Source: a virus
Taxonomy: Duplodnaviria > Caudoviricetes
Direction: 5' to 3' (one strand)
IMG/VR virus record: IMGVR_UViG_3300031998_000031
Span: 32,001-96,000 of that record
Length of the DNA stretch: 64,000 nt
The notes beneath the pieces were generated by a model. The model was not told where the DNA came from and did no database searches. It was given only the letters and a program-made list of their open reading frames with translations. This document shows positions 30,691-40,102 of the stretch, piece after piece (positions within the stretch are counted from its first letter, which is position 1; the number at the start of each line of letters is the position of its first letter). A program made the position numbers and the translations under genes.

Positions 30691-31488
30691 ATGAGTTTAG
30701 TAAACGTAGCCTATAACGGCTCAATGATTTATACGGGCGATAGTGACTTCACCCTTAATACCAAAGATACTTGGCTCGAAGGCAATATAGGGGTACAAGT
30801 GTCTGTGCCTACATATTCGGGCTCATACTCTGCTACTCCGACCAATGCTGAACAGACATTTCCCACGGCAGGGATGCTTATGGAAAGCGATTTTACTGTT
30901 GGCGCAGCGAGTGGAGGAAGTGATGATAATTTCAAAATAGCTATGGGTGCAATGAGCGGGAGTATATATGACGCGGACACCGTTTCTGTTCCCTCGTATG
31001 CTTTTAATTATAGGTCAAATCTATTTGGCGTTGAAATGCTGAACTGTATTTCCATCGGAGAGTATGCTTTTGCCAGCTGCCAATCCCTATCTTTTATAAG
31101 TTTTCCAAGATGTGCTTCTATATGCAACTACGCGTTTTATGGTTGTATCGCTTTAACTGGAGTTATCTTTCCTGAGTGCGTACGTATAGAGGCCTATGCA
31201 TTTAATTACTGTAATAATTTAAGTACTGCCATTTTTCAAAAATGCCGGTATATAGGTTCCTCAGCATTTTATAACTGCACGGCATTAAAAAGTCTGTACT
31301 TACTTGGGTCTTCTGTAATAGCACCTTCGGACATGCACACGGATGCGTTTTATAATACGCCAATATCTAAGTCTACATACTTAGGAGAGTTTGGCTCGAT
31401 TTATGTCCCTGCGTCTCTCGTAGGTGAGTATAAAGCCACAAGAGGTTGGAGCGTATATTCAAATCGCATAACCGCTTATACTGGATAA
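30691..31488 (+). CDS. BspA-type LRR protein 5
   Basis: Short N-module, LRR, cap. Confidence 0.85.
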   Translation: MSLVNVAYNGSMIYTGDSDFTLNTKDTWLEGNIGVQVSVPTYSGSYSATPTNAEQTFPTAGMLMESDFTVGAASGGSDDNFKIAMGAMSGSIYDADTVSVPSYAFNYRSNLFGVEMLNCISIGEYAFASCQSLSFISFPRCASICNYAFYGCIALTGVIFPECVRIEAYAFNYCNNLSTAIFQKCRYIGSSAFYNCTALKSLYLLGSSVIAPSDMHTDAFYNTPISKSTYLGEFGSIYVPASLVGEYKATRGWSVYSNRITAYTG

Positions 31489-31499
31489 GGAGGTCCTAA

Positions 31500-33212
31500 A
31501 TGAGCACATCTGATGTCGTAAAAGTCGCGTATGGCAGCTCAATAATCTACATGGCTGGAAGTAACACCAGCTTCACCCTGAATACATCGCAAAAGTACAT
31601 GGAGGACGATGTATCAATTGAAGTAGGGGCGTTCCCCACAGCGGCTCTCATTTCCAAGACCGTGGCCGCCAACGGCGTCTATTCTGCGTCGAATGACGGT
31701 GCGGACGGATACTCCGAGGTCACTGTCAGTTTGCCTTCATATACTGGTGCGTATACGTTTACACCGGCTACATCGCCTCAGACTATCCAGACGTCGGGAC
31801 TGCTTATGTCCTCAAACGTTACGATTCAAGCATATACTCCGGCTACTCTGATATCCAAGACCATCACCTCTAATGGTACCTATTCCGCCGTCAATGATGG
31901 CGCAGATGGTTATTCGAAGGTGACCGTAAGCGTCTCTGGCGGGCCTGATACATCTGACGCTACTCTGTCGAGCGGTGCTCAGATGCTCTCAGGTATTACA
32001 GCATATGCGAGTGGAGTAAAGTACACTGGCACCATCGAAGAGTATGCAGGCATAGTAAACAGTCAGGCGGGGAATATCCCATATTATTCCGGAGCGTATC
32101 TAATAAATCCATCTGCCGAAGACCAGATTATAAGTACAAACGGGCTTGTAATGAGTTCCGATTTTACGTTTAAATCATATTCTGGGGGTGGAGGAGGAAA
32201 CGATGCTGAAATTATAAATAGAACAATAACAAAAATATCTAATTCGGATGTGGTAAATGTTGGCCCATATGCATTTGCTATGTGCTCTTTATTATCTCAT
32301 GTTGATTTTCCTAACGTTGAATATGTTGGACAGTCCGCGTTTGCTTATTGTTATTCTTTATCGGCTTTTAATCTTTCTAACGTTATCAGCATAGACTCAT
32401 TTGCTTTTTATGAATGCCATGCACTTTTATCTGCGAGTTTTCCTAGAGTGACCTCAATTGGAATTCATGCATTTGTCGGTTGTTCTTCGTTTTCTTATGC
32501 TGACTTTCCTAATGCTATTGAGGTCGGCTCTTATGCATTTTATAGGTGCTTTTCGCTTTTAAGTGCTAACTTTCCTAAGATGGAATATGTCCCGTCAGAT
32601 GGTTTTATGAATTGCTGGGCGCTTTTAGAAGTTAGTTTTCCAAAGGCGAAACTAATTGACCAGCGGGCGTTTGCTTATTGCTCATCTCTTGCAGAGGCAA
32701 ACTTTTCATCTGCGATTTCAATTTTTTCTGGTGCTTTTTATGAGTGCTCTTCTCTTTCCATTATTAGTTTTCCAGTGGTGGAATATATAGGGCCTACCGC
32801 TTTTGCCGGATGCGGAATTAAAAGTGTATACCTATCGTTAATAACTAAGCTTGAAAACGGAACGTTTGCAAGGTGCCCATCTCTATCATTAGTAGATTGC
32901 CCAAATGTTACATCAATACAATCTACAGTGTTTGCTTTGTGCTCTGGACTTTCTGCCATTAGCTTTTCAAAGCTTGTATATTTAGGGAGCAATGCCTTCA
33001 ATTATTGCGCCAATCTTTTATCATTATATTTAACTGGCAGCTCCGTATGTACACTTGCTAATTCTAATGCATTTACAGCTACCCCAATAGCAGGGTCCAC
33101 AGCATCCACAGAAGGAGTTTATGGTTCCATTTATGTTCCACAAAGTTTACTTACCACATATAAAGCAGCTACTAATTGGTCGTACTTTAGTAGTCGCTTT
33201 GTCGGAGTTTAA
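31500..33212 (+). CDS. BspA-type LRR protein 6
   Basis: Modules, long LRR, cap. Confidence 0.85.
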   Translation: MSTSDVVKVAYGSSIIYMAGSNTSFTLNTSQKYMEDDVSIEVGAFPTAALISKTVAANGVYSASNDGADGYSEVTVSLPSYTGAYTFTPATSPQTIQTSGLLMSSNVTIQAYTPATLISKTITSNGTYSAVNDGADGYSKVTVSVSGGPDTSDATLSSGAQMLSGITAYASGVKYTGTIEEYAGIVNSQAGNIPYYSGAYLINPSAEDQIISTNGLVMSSDFTFKSYSGGGGGNDAEIINRTITKISNSDVVNVGPYAFAMCSLLSHVDFPNVEYVGQSAFAYCYSLSAFNLSNVISIDSFAFYECHALLSASFPRVTSIGIHAFVGCSSFSYADFPNAIEVGSYAFYRCFSLLSANFPKMEYVPSDGFMNCWALLEVSFPKAKLIDQRAFAYCSSLAEANFSSAISIFSGAFYECSSLSIISFPVVEYIGPTAFAGCGIKSVYLSLITKLENGTFARCPSLSLVDCPNVTSIQSTVFALCSGLSAISFSKLVYLGSNAFNYCANLLSLYLTGSSVCTLANSNAFTATPIAGSTASTEGVYGSIYVPQSLLTTYKAATNWSYFSSRFVGV

Positions 33213-33224
33213 GGAGATTCTAAT

Positions 33225-33374
33225 ATGGACTCAATAATAGTAACTTACAACGGAACCCCAATTCATAGTGCAAACGACAACACCACATTTACTCTTAACA
33301 CTGACGACAATTATCTTGAAGGTGACGTAGTTGTGGCTGTTTCATTTCCTGATGCGGATTTGGAGGCTTACTGA
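33225..33374 (+). CDS. stand-alone N-terminal module of the LRR family (49 aa; not in ORF track)
   Basis: MDSIIVTYNGTPIHSANDNTTFTLNTDDNYLEGDVVVAV; AAGGAG RBS; TGATG overlap with the next gene. Confidence 0.7.
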   Translation: MDSIIVTYNGTPIHSANDNTTFTLNTDDNYLEGDVVVAVSFPDADLEAY

Positions 33375-33955
33375 TGGGCCGAGCTTTGATAACCAATTCA
33401 TATTTACAAGCAATCGCAAGTGCTATTCGGACTAAATTACAATCTCAAAATACGTATACACCATCACAAATGGCACCGGCAATTCTGAGCATACCACCTA
33501 GAAGTGAACCGGTTTTAGGCACGAAAGTTATAACTTATAATGGTGTTTTTAATGCTTCCGACGATAATCTTGACGGATACTCAGAGGTTACGGTTTCTCG
33601 AAATCCATCTCTGCATCCAATGGCGTATGACGCTACTAATGGATATGTAAACGGTTCAACGTTTACCATAGGCAGTGGATATTATTCAGATATTTATGAA
33701 GTGGAATCTGGCCACACATATAGAATAGAAACCGGGTCTAGTTATGGGACACTTTTTAGGGTTCTGTTTACTACAACAGACACTTCAACAGCAACATCTG
33801 TTGTTTCCGGAACTAGCGTAGCTAGTGCATCGGCTTCGTCTTCATCTTTAGCCACTTACACAGCAACTTCGAATGGCTATATTACATTTACAAAAGGGTC
33901 CGTTTCAGGGAAAAGCTCTTGCGTATTTGATGTAACTCTTGCGGAGGATTTATGA
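33374..33955 (+). CDS. fibre/module protein
   Basis: LQAIASAIR...YTPSQMA module plus NGxxNASDD.DGYS module. Confidence 0.75.
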   Translation: MGRALITNSYLQAIASAIRTKLQSQNTYTPSQMAPAILSIPPRSEPVLGTKVITYNGVFNASDDNLDGYSEVTVSRNPSLHPMAYDATNGYVNGSTFTIGSGYYSDIYEVESGHTYRIETGSSYGTLFRVLFTTTDTSTATSVVSGTSVASASASSSSLATYTATSNGYITFTKGSVSGKSSCVFDVTLAEDL

Positions 33956-34554
33956 AACAGATAATAACTGAATCATATTTACAAGCAATCGCAAATGCTA
34001 TAAGAAGCAAAAACGGGTTGCAAAGAACATATACTCCGCAACAAATGGCACAAGCTATACTAGATATTCCAAGCGGAAGCGGAGCTGTTCTAGTTGAAAA
34101 AACCGTTGCGCTTAAAGGAACTTATAATGCTGAAGATGATAATGCGGATGGGTATTCTAAGATTGTAAATAATATTTCATGGAGAATGATACCGTATTCT
34201 TTCGACCTTCATCCAAACGGTTATGTTATGAGTAAAAAATGGATGATAAATGGGTCGACTGTAAATTATTCTGATGTATATTTGGTGCAAGCAAGCCATC
34301 GGTATTTTCTAACTTTAGGTGACACTACAGGCACTAGATATAGAGCCATTATTGTAACAACGGACCCAACAGGACAAGACCAATCTTTAGATGCCGTTGG
34401 AGGTAAAATGATTGTTGATATTGGTGGAAATGGTCCGTCTCCGAGAGCTAGTGCAGTGTTTAGTTCAACAGTTGATGGTTATTTCGTTGTGACTAAAGAC
34501 AATAGTGGCCATTCTGGTATTCCGACATATCTATTCGACATTACTAAATCATAG
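33952..34554 (+). CDS. fibre/module protein, paralogue of 33374
   Basis: Same architecture as the previous ORF. Confidence 0.75.
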   Translation: MKQIITESYLQAIANAIRSKNGLQRTYTPQQMAQAILDIPSGSGAVLVEKTVALKGTYNAEDDNADGYSKIVNNISWRMIPYSFDLHPNGYVMSKKWMINGSTVNYSDVYLVQASHRYFLTLGDTTGTRYRAIIVTTDPTGQDQSLDAVGGKMIVDIGGNGPSPRASAVFSSTVDGYFVVTKDNSGHSGIPTYLFDITKS

Positions 34555-34570
34555 CAAAAGGAGGTATTAT

Positions 34571-35932
34571 ATGGGCGTGTCAGATTTTGTAAAAGTTGCT
34601 TATAATGGCTCATTAATTCATGAAGCAGGAGCGGAAAGTGTTTTTACATTAAATACTTCTAAGAAATGGCTAGCCGGAGATATAGAGGTAGAAGTTGGTT
34701 CTATTCCACTTGCTACACTTATTTCTAAATCTATAACTCAAAATGGAACATATAAAGCCGAAGATGATAGCGCGGATGGGTATTCTCAGGTAATTGTAAG
34801 CGTTGCCGGAGGCCCCGATACATCGGACGCGACCCTTTCTTCGGGTGCGCAGATGCTCTATGGTATTACAGCTTATGCAAGTGGTGTAAAATACACAGGT
34901 GCTATTCAGACATATTCTGGCTCTGTTAATGGCCAAGCCGGAAGTATTCCATTTTATTCAGGAGCTTATAACATTACTCCGTCTACAACAGAGCAGATAT
35001 TATCTACATCTGGTAAAGTGATGTCTGATGATATGGTTATTGGTTCTTATAGTAATAGTGGATTAGCAATAAGCAGCCCATTAATGCTTGTCGGTAATGC
35101 AACATCGTTGGGTTCAATTTTGGACTATAACGAGTCTCTTGAGCGTTTAATTCCGGAAATGTATTTTCCGAATGTCACGTCTATTCCAGACTGGCAATTT
35201 AATGGATACGCGTCTTTGGAAAAAATAGATTTTCCAGTATGCAGTTCAATAGGGGCCGAGGCATTTTGTTATCTGGAATATCTTTCTGATATTTCATTTC
35301 CGATGTGCCAATATATTGGCATGTCAGCATTTTTGCAATGCACAACTCTTCCTTATGTTAGCTTTTCTTTGTGCAGCATAATGGAGGATGATGCGTTCGC
35401 TGGGTGTAGCAGTATATCGTATGCTAGTTTTCCGGTTTGCACAAGTATTGGCATGTCAGCATTTGCGTATTGTTTGAGTTTAGCAACCATTTCATTCCCA
35501 TTATTATCGGATATTGGGTCGGAGGCATTTGAGGGATGCTACAATTTAGCTTCTGTAATATTACCTAGTTGCCCATACATTCATTATGCAACGTTTAGTG
35601 AATGCTATAATATATCTTATGTATCCTTACCTATTTGCAGTTATATAGAAAGTTATGCTTTTGCATCTTGTTCTAGCTTAACTGCAATTTCGCTTCCAGC
35701 TTGTACATCGATAGAAGATTATGCCTTTAATGGCTGTGCTTCATTATCGTCATTATATTTGATGGGTTCGGAAAAATGCATTTTGGAAGATACTCAGGCA
35801 TTTTATGACACATTGCTTCATTTTGAAAACGACCCTTATATTGGTCGCATTTATGTTCCGTCGAGTTTATTAACGGCATATAAAACCGATAGTATATGGT
35901 CGTATTATGAAAGTGGATTTGTCGGAGTATAG
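34571..35932 (+). CDS. BspA-type LRR protein 7
   Basis: AGGAGG RBS, MGVSDFVKVAYNGS start, LRR, cap. Confidence 0.85.
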   Translation: MGVSDFVKVAYNGSLIHEAGAESVFTLNTSKKWLAGDIEVEVGSIPLATLISKSITQNGTYKAEDDSADGYSQVIVSVAGGPDTSDATLSSGAQMLYGITAYASGVKYTGAIQTYSGSVNGQAGSIPFYSGAYNITPSTTEQILSTSGKVMSDDMVIGSYSNSGLAISSPLMLVGNATSLGSILDYNESLERLIPEMYFPNVTSIPDWQFNGYASLEKIDFPVCSSIGAEAFCYLEYLSDISFPMCQYIGMSAFLQCTTLPYVSFSLCSIMEDDAFAGCSSISYASFPVCTSIGMSAFAYCLSLATISFPLLSDIGSEAFEGCYNLASVILPSCPYIHYATFSECYNISYVSLPICSYIESYAFASCSSLTAISLPACTSIEDYAFNGCASLSSLYLMGSEKCILEDTQAFYDTLLHFENDPYIGRIYVPSSLLTAYKTDSIWSYYESGFVGV

Positions 35933-35964
35933 ATATTTTCATATTTTTTAGCAGGAGGTAAACT

Positions 35965-37044
35965 ATGAAATTACAAATTCTTGTTCCGCATTATCATGAG
36001 ACTGCGGACGTAATCAAACCCTTATTGGATAGTGTAGCTATTCAGCAGAACGTCGATTTCAATGAAATCGGCGTTATTATTTGCCATGATGGGTCACAGC
36101 CATCAATCGAAGATTGCAACCGTGAAGATAGCAATGACGCTAACTACAAAATCAAGGCAGATGAGAGCAGAGAATTTGAGTTCTATGATGATTACGCTAT
36201 CGGTGGGCGATATTCTTTGTTTGGCGAATATCCTTTCAAAATAGAACAATATCATCTGCCTCATAAGGGCGTGTCGGCATGCCGCAATGGCTGCCTTGAC
36301 CATGCGACCGCAGATTATGTCATGTTCTGCGACATCGATGACATGTTTTGCAACGTTTGCGGCCTATGGATGATGTTCCGTGAGATTCAGATTGGATTCG
36401 ACAGCATGGTATCAGTGTTCGTTGAAGAGACAAGGATGCCGAAGACCAAAGAGGTAATGTACATCAATCACGAACGGGACAGCACCTTTGTTCACGGCAA
36501 GCTCCACAGACGTCAGTATCTTCTGGATAAAAAGATAAGATTTAACGACAATCTGACAATCCACGAGGACAGTTTCTTCAATATCCTCTGTCAGAACCTT
36601 TCGCAGAACGTCAAGTATTGCCAAACGCCGTTTTACCTGTGGCGCTGGCGTGATGAAAGTGTATGCAGGCATGACCCTAAGTATATCCTGAAGACCTATA
36701 AGAATATGCTGGATTCCAACGATGCGCTGATAGATGAGTTTATCAAGCGTGGAATGCTGGATAAGGCAGCGTTCTATACGGCGTTCATGACTTTTGATGC
36801 TTATTACACCATGAATAAGCCTGAGTGGATAAATCAGGAGAATCAGGAGTACAGGGATAGCACTGAGCTGAGATTTGCTGAATGGTTTTTGAAACACGAG
36901 AGTGCGTGGAATGACATCCCGTCGCCCGACAAGATGCAGATATCCAATATGATTCGTGGCCGTGTCATCAACGAGGGCATGATGATGGAGGCAATCACCA
37001 TAGACGCATGGCTTAAGCACGTAAAGAGCTTAAAAAATGAGTAG
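35965..37044 (+). CDS. glycosyltransferase family 2 (GT-A fold)
   Basis: ILVPHY, GVSACRN, YVMFCDIDD (DxD), IHEDSFFN motifs. Confidence 0.85.
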   Translation: MKLQILVPHYHETADVIKPLLDSVAIQQNVDFNEIGVIICHDGSQPSIEDCNREDSNDANYKIKADESREFEFYDDYAIGGRYSLFGEYPFKIEQYHLPHKGVSACRNGCLDHATADYVMFCDIDDMFCNVCGLWMMFREIQIGFDSMVSVFVEETRMPKTKEVMYINHERDSTFVHGKLHRRQYLLDKKIRFNDNLTIHEDSFFNILCQNLSQNVKYCQTPFYLWRWRDESVCRHDPKYILKTYKNMLDSNDALIDEFIKRGMLDKAAFYTAFMTFDAYYTMNKPEWINQENQEYRDSTELRFAEWFLKHESAWNDIPSPDKMQISNMIRGRVINEGMMMEAITIDAWLKHVKSLKNE

Positions 37045-37285
37045 TTTTTCCAAGGAGGCACAAATGGAAGGCGAAAAGGATAAAACACAGATTCCATATT
37101 TCGTTATGGACGGAGTAATGGCAAGGATGGAAAGGTTTTTTCGAATCACGGTGCTTGCACTTGTGGCGGTATTGGCGATAGCCATCACCGCTTATTTGCT
37201 TAATGACAATTATTGGCGTGCGTTTTATCATGATATGAAGGGTGAAGATGAAGTATACGAACTGTATGATGGAGCTGTGGATTGA
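37037..37285 (+). CDS. small membrane protein
   Basis: One hydrophobic helix; the start may be at MEGEKD. Confidence 0.6.
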   Translation: MSSFSKEAQMEGEKDKTQIPYFVMDGVMARMERFFRITVLALVAVLAIAITAYLLNDNYWRAFYHDMKGEDEVYELYDGAVD

Positions 37286-37493
37286 TGAGTATATCCACAA
37301 CAAGCGGAATCGTTCGATACTCAAAGACCATTACCTTGATGGAGAAACACATGAGCAGATTGCAGAAAAGTATGATATGAGCACCAGACAGGTCTCAAAC
37401 ATCTGTCTGGCCGGTATGGATGAGATATCGAAATACGACGATTTCGGACTACCTTTAATAGCTATATTGAGATACGTGTTCAGGATGCGTTAA
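37242..37493 (+). CDS. HTH protein (sigma-70 region-4-like)
   Basis: RSILKDHYLDGETHEQIAEKYDMSTRQVSNI. Confidence 0.75.
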   Translation: MKMKYTNCMMELWIDEYIHNKRNRSILKDHYLDGETHEQIAEKYDMSTRQVSNICLAGMDEISKYDDFGLPLIAILRYVFRMR

Positions 37494-37509
37494 AATTGCA
37501 TCAAAGTTG

Positions 37510-37540
37510 CATGTCCCTTTCATGGCGGACATGTTTTTTA
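37510..37540 (+). terminator. hairpin/terminator
   Basis: CATGTCC...GGACATG followed by TTTTTT. Confidence 0.55.
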
Positions 37541-37671
37541 TTGCCCATAATAAAAGACGTAAGAGGGCTTGAAAATGCAGAAACTCAAACGTCTTTACAA
37601 ACGCACGATGGCAACATGCTGCAAAAAGGAATCACTCGAAGAATACTTGCGGGATACCGAGCTGTTCTCTT

Positions 37672-38058
37672 TTGTGGCAGTATTATAACCCTAATCCGTA
37701 TGGCCGAAGGGCTGGCGATTGCTCCGTCAGGGCGCTGACAAAGGCTCTTAATCGGTCGTGGGAATGGTGCTATGTTGCTATCTGTGTAAAGGGCTTTATC
37801 TTAGGAGATATGCCAAGCTCCAACTCAGTTTGGGGCGCTGTACTGAAACAAAATAGGTTCGAGCGGATTTCGTTAAACAATGAATGCCCGGACTGCTATA
37901 CGCTTGAAGACTTCTGCATCGACAACCCCTCCGGGACCTATGTAGTAGGAATGGATGGTCACGTTGCTACTGTCATTGATAGTGTCATTTACGACGCTTG
38001 GGATAGTAGCAACGAGATACCCATGTACGTTTGGAGGAAGTCAAATGGCGTATTATAA
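37672..38058 (+). CDS. conserved phage protein (NPNP..GDC..RA motif; possible papain-like Cys/His/Asp)
   Basis: GDCSVRAL, GHVATV, YDAWDS. Confidence 0.7.
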   Translation: MWQYYNPNPYGRRAGDCSVRALTKALNRSWEWCYVAICVKGFILGDMPSSNSVWGAVLKQNRFERISLNNECPDCYTLEDFCIDNPSGTYVVGMDGHVATVIDSVIYDAWDSSNEIPMYVWRKSNGVL

Positions 38059-38464
38059 CGGCAATTATCCGGCGACCTATAATCAGCTCTATCAACAGCC
38101 GCAGTTCTACCAACAGCCTGCGAGTTTTCCGCCATTCCAGCAACAGAATGGCGGGATAATCTTCGTGCAGGGCGAGGCTGCGGCTAAGTCGTATCCGCTG
38201 GCACCGGGACAGCGAGTCCTTCTGATGGATTCAGAGGCATATCGTTTTTATATTAAGGCTGTGGATGCGAACGGCGTTCCGCTGCCCCTACAGACCTTCG
38301 ATTACACTGAAGCAGGCGCAAAATCGGCTGCTACAGAGGAGAAAAAGGAGGAGTCGATAGACTTATCGGAATACGTAAAAAGAGACGAATTTGAGGCGCT
38401 TAAGCAGATTGTAGTGACAAAGAAACCTAAGCGCAGACCTGAAGAGGATGAAGATTATGCATAA
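38045..38464 (+). CDS. conserved hypothetical protein
   Basis: GGAGG RBS; FVQGEAAAKSY...LMDSE..FYIK, YVKRDEFEAL. Confidence 0.75.
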   Translation: MAYYNGNYPATYNQLYQQPQFYQQPASFPPFQQQNGGIIFVQGEAAAKSYPLAPGQRVLLMDSEAYRFYIKAVDANGVPLPLQTFDYTEAGAKSAATEEKKEESIDLSEYVKRDEFEALKQIVVTKKPKRRPEEDEDYA

Positions 38465-38648
38465 CAATCCCGTCTATCAGGCGTTCGGACAGAACGACTT
38501 CGTCTCTCAGTTCAAAAAATTCATGAGCGACTTCCATGGGAATCCGCAGCAACAGGTCCAGCAGATGCTGAATACTGGGCAGCTCTCCCAAGCGAAGTTG
38601 AACAGCGCGATACAGACTGCACAGCAATTGATGCGGTTATTGCGATGA
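38457..38648 (+). CDS. small Gln-rich hypothetical protein
   Basis: GNPQQQVQQMLNTGQLSQ. Confidence 0.7.
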   Translation: MHNNPVYQAFGQNDFVSQFKKFMSDFHGNPQQQVQQMLNTGQLSQAKLNSAIQTAQQLMRLLR

Positions 38649-38773
38649 CAACTGAATAAAGGTAATAAAGTTTACTTATCTTGGCCGAGAATGAGTATAT
38701 AAGTTATCTCTACTGGCTACCACTTAGGAAGGTAGTCATAAATCCCCAAAAGTTAAGGGAGAAAGGTAAACCA

Positions 38774-39616
38774 ATGGCTTTAAATGAAGAGAGTGGCAAT
38801 GGTCTCGTAATGCCGGTAGCTCCGATGTATGGCGGCAACGGCGGCGGAAATGCCTTCGGCGGAGACACTCTTTGGTTCTTAGTCCTGTTTATCCTTCTGG
38901 GCGGCTGGAATGGCGGCTTCGGAGGCTTCGGCGGCGGCTATGCAATGAATGAGCTGTATCCTTGGATGAATCAGTCCAATCAGATGAGCAACGGCTTCCG
39001 CGACCAGATGATGAATACCCAGATAAACGGTATTCAGGGCGCTATAACAGGCGGCTTCGGTGACGTTCAGAATTCTCTGTGCGCAGGCTTCGCTGGAGTG
39101 AACGCTACCGTCAATGGCGCTCAGAACGCTCTTGCTCAGCAGCTCTACTCTAATCAGATAACTGACCTTGAGAGGAGCTTTGCAGCTCAGACTGCTAACA
39201 CCGCAGCCATGAATGCGCTTCAGTCTCAGTTCGCTTCCTGCTGCTGTGAGAACAGAATGGCAACAGCAGACACTAAGTACACCATCGCTACTGAGGCATG
39301 TGCCAACAGAAGCGTCGTGAACGATGCTCTCAGAGATGTCATCGCTGCTAACAATGCGTCCACTCAGCGCATCCTTGACCAGATGTGCCAAGATAAGATT
39401 GACGCAAAGAACGAAAAGATAGCAGAGCTTCAGAATGCGCTTACGATGGCGAACATCGCAGCAAATCAGAACGCCAACACTGCGGCCATCCTTGCCAACA
39501 ACGAGGCTCAGACCGCAGCGCTTGAGCAGTATCTTGCTCCTGTCCCCAAGCCTGCTTATGTAGTACAGAACCCCGCTTGCTGCAATCAGACCTTTGGTTG
39601 CGGTTGCGCGGCTTAG
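38774..39616 (+). CDS. membrane-anchored coiled-coil 'CCCE' protein
   Basis: Gly-rich TM segment, ASCCCEN motif, PxPAYVVQNP and C-terminal Cys cluster. Confidence 0.8.
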   Translation: MALNEESGNGLVMPVAPMYGGNGGGNAFGGDTLWFLVLFILLGGWNGGFGGFGGGYAMNELYPWMNQSNQMSNGFRDQMMNTQINGIQGAITGGFGDVQNSLCAGFAGVNATVNGAQNALAQQLYSNQITDLERSFAAQTANTAAMNALQSQFASCCCENRMATADTKYTIATEACANRSVVNDALRDVIAANNASTQRILDQMCQDKIDAKNEKIAELQNALTMANIAANQNANTAAILANNEAQTAALEQYLAPVPKPAYVVQNPACCNQTFGCGCAA

Positions 39617-39628
39617 GGAGGTACTGCC

Positions 39629-40090
39629 ATGGCTTGCGAGTATCTTGCTTCCGGGCAGCAAAGCGTGTCTTTGAACAGCCCTGTAATCTTTACAGCATCT
39701 ATACCCTGTAGGCGTGGTTATGTCTACCACGAAGACGAAACGGGTATTTTTATCCTCCATGGCGCAGCGGCAAATTCATGTAATGGCTTCGCGCATTATC
39801 AGGTTACATGTAACGGAAACATTGCCATCCCAACAGGCGGGACCGCAGGTCCCATCGCCATTGCCCTCACGGTAAACGGCGAACCGAGGCTCACGAGCAT
39901 GGCGGTCTTTACCCCTGCTGCCGTAGAGACGTTCGGCAATGTTACAAGTACAGCGATTATCAAAGTACCGAAAGGCTGTTGCTTCTCACTCTCAGTCGAG
40001 AGCGTAGCCGCGTCTACTGACGCCACGGCCACCCCGGCACCTACTATCGTTGCTTCAGACATGAACCTGACGATAACGAGAGTTGCTTAG
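39629..40090 (+). CDS. BclA-CTD/C1q-like beta-sandwich protein
   Basis: Q.V....VIF, GIF.L, YQVT.NGN, IALTVNGEP, NLTITRVA pattern. Confidence 0.6.
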   Translation: MACEYLASGQQSVSLNSPVIFTASIPCRRGYVYHEDETGIFILHGAAANSCNGFAHYQVTCNGNIAIPTGGTAGPIAIALTVNGEPRLTSMAVFTPAAVETFGNVTSTAIIKVPKGCCFSLSVESVAASTDATATPAPTIVASDMNLTITRVA

Positions 40091-40102
40091 GGAGGACAAA
40101 AG

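Noticed and set aside
22163-35932. Invertase shufflon driving the LRR array
   Set aside because: All genes are on the same strand; no inverted cassettes or recombinase in the window
37496-37738. ORF 37496-37738 and a sporulation sigma promoter at CATAATA (about 37546)
   Set aside because: The ORF crosses a terminator-like hairpin and lacks an RBS; no -35 element at a valid spacing for sigG/sigK
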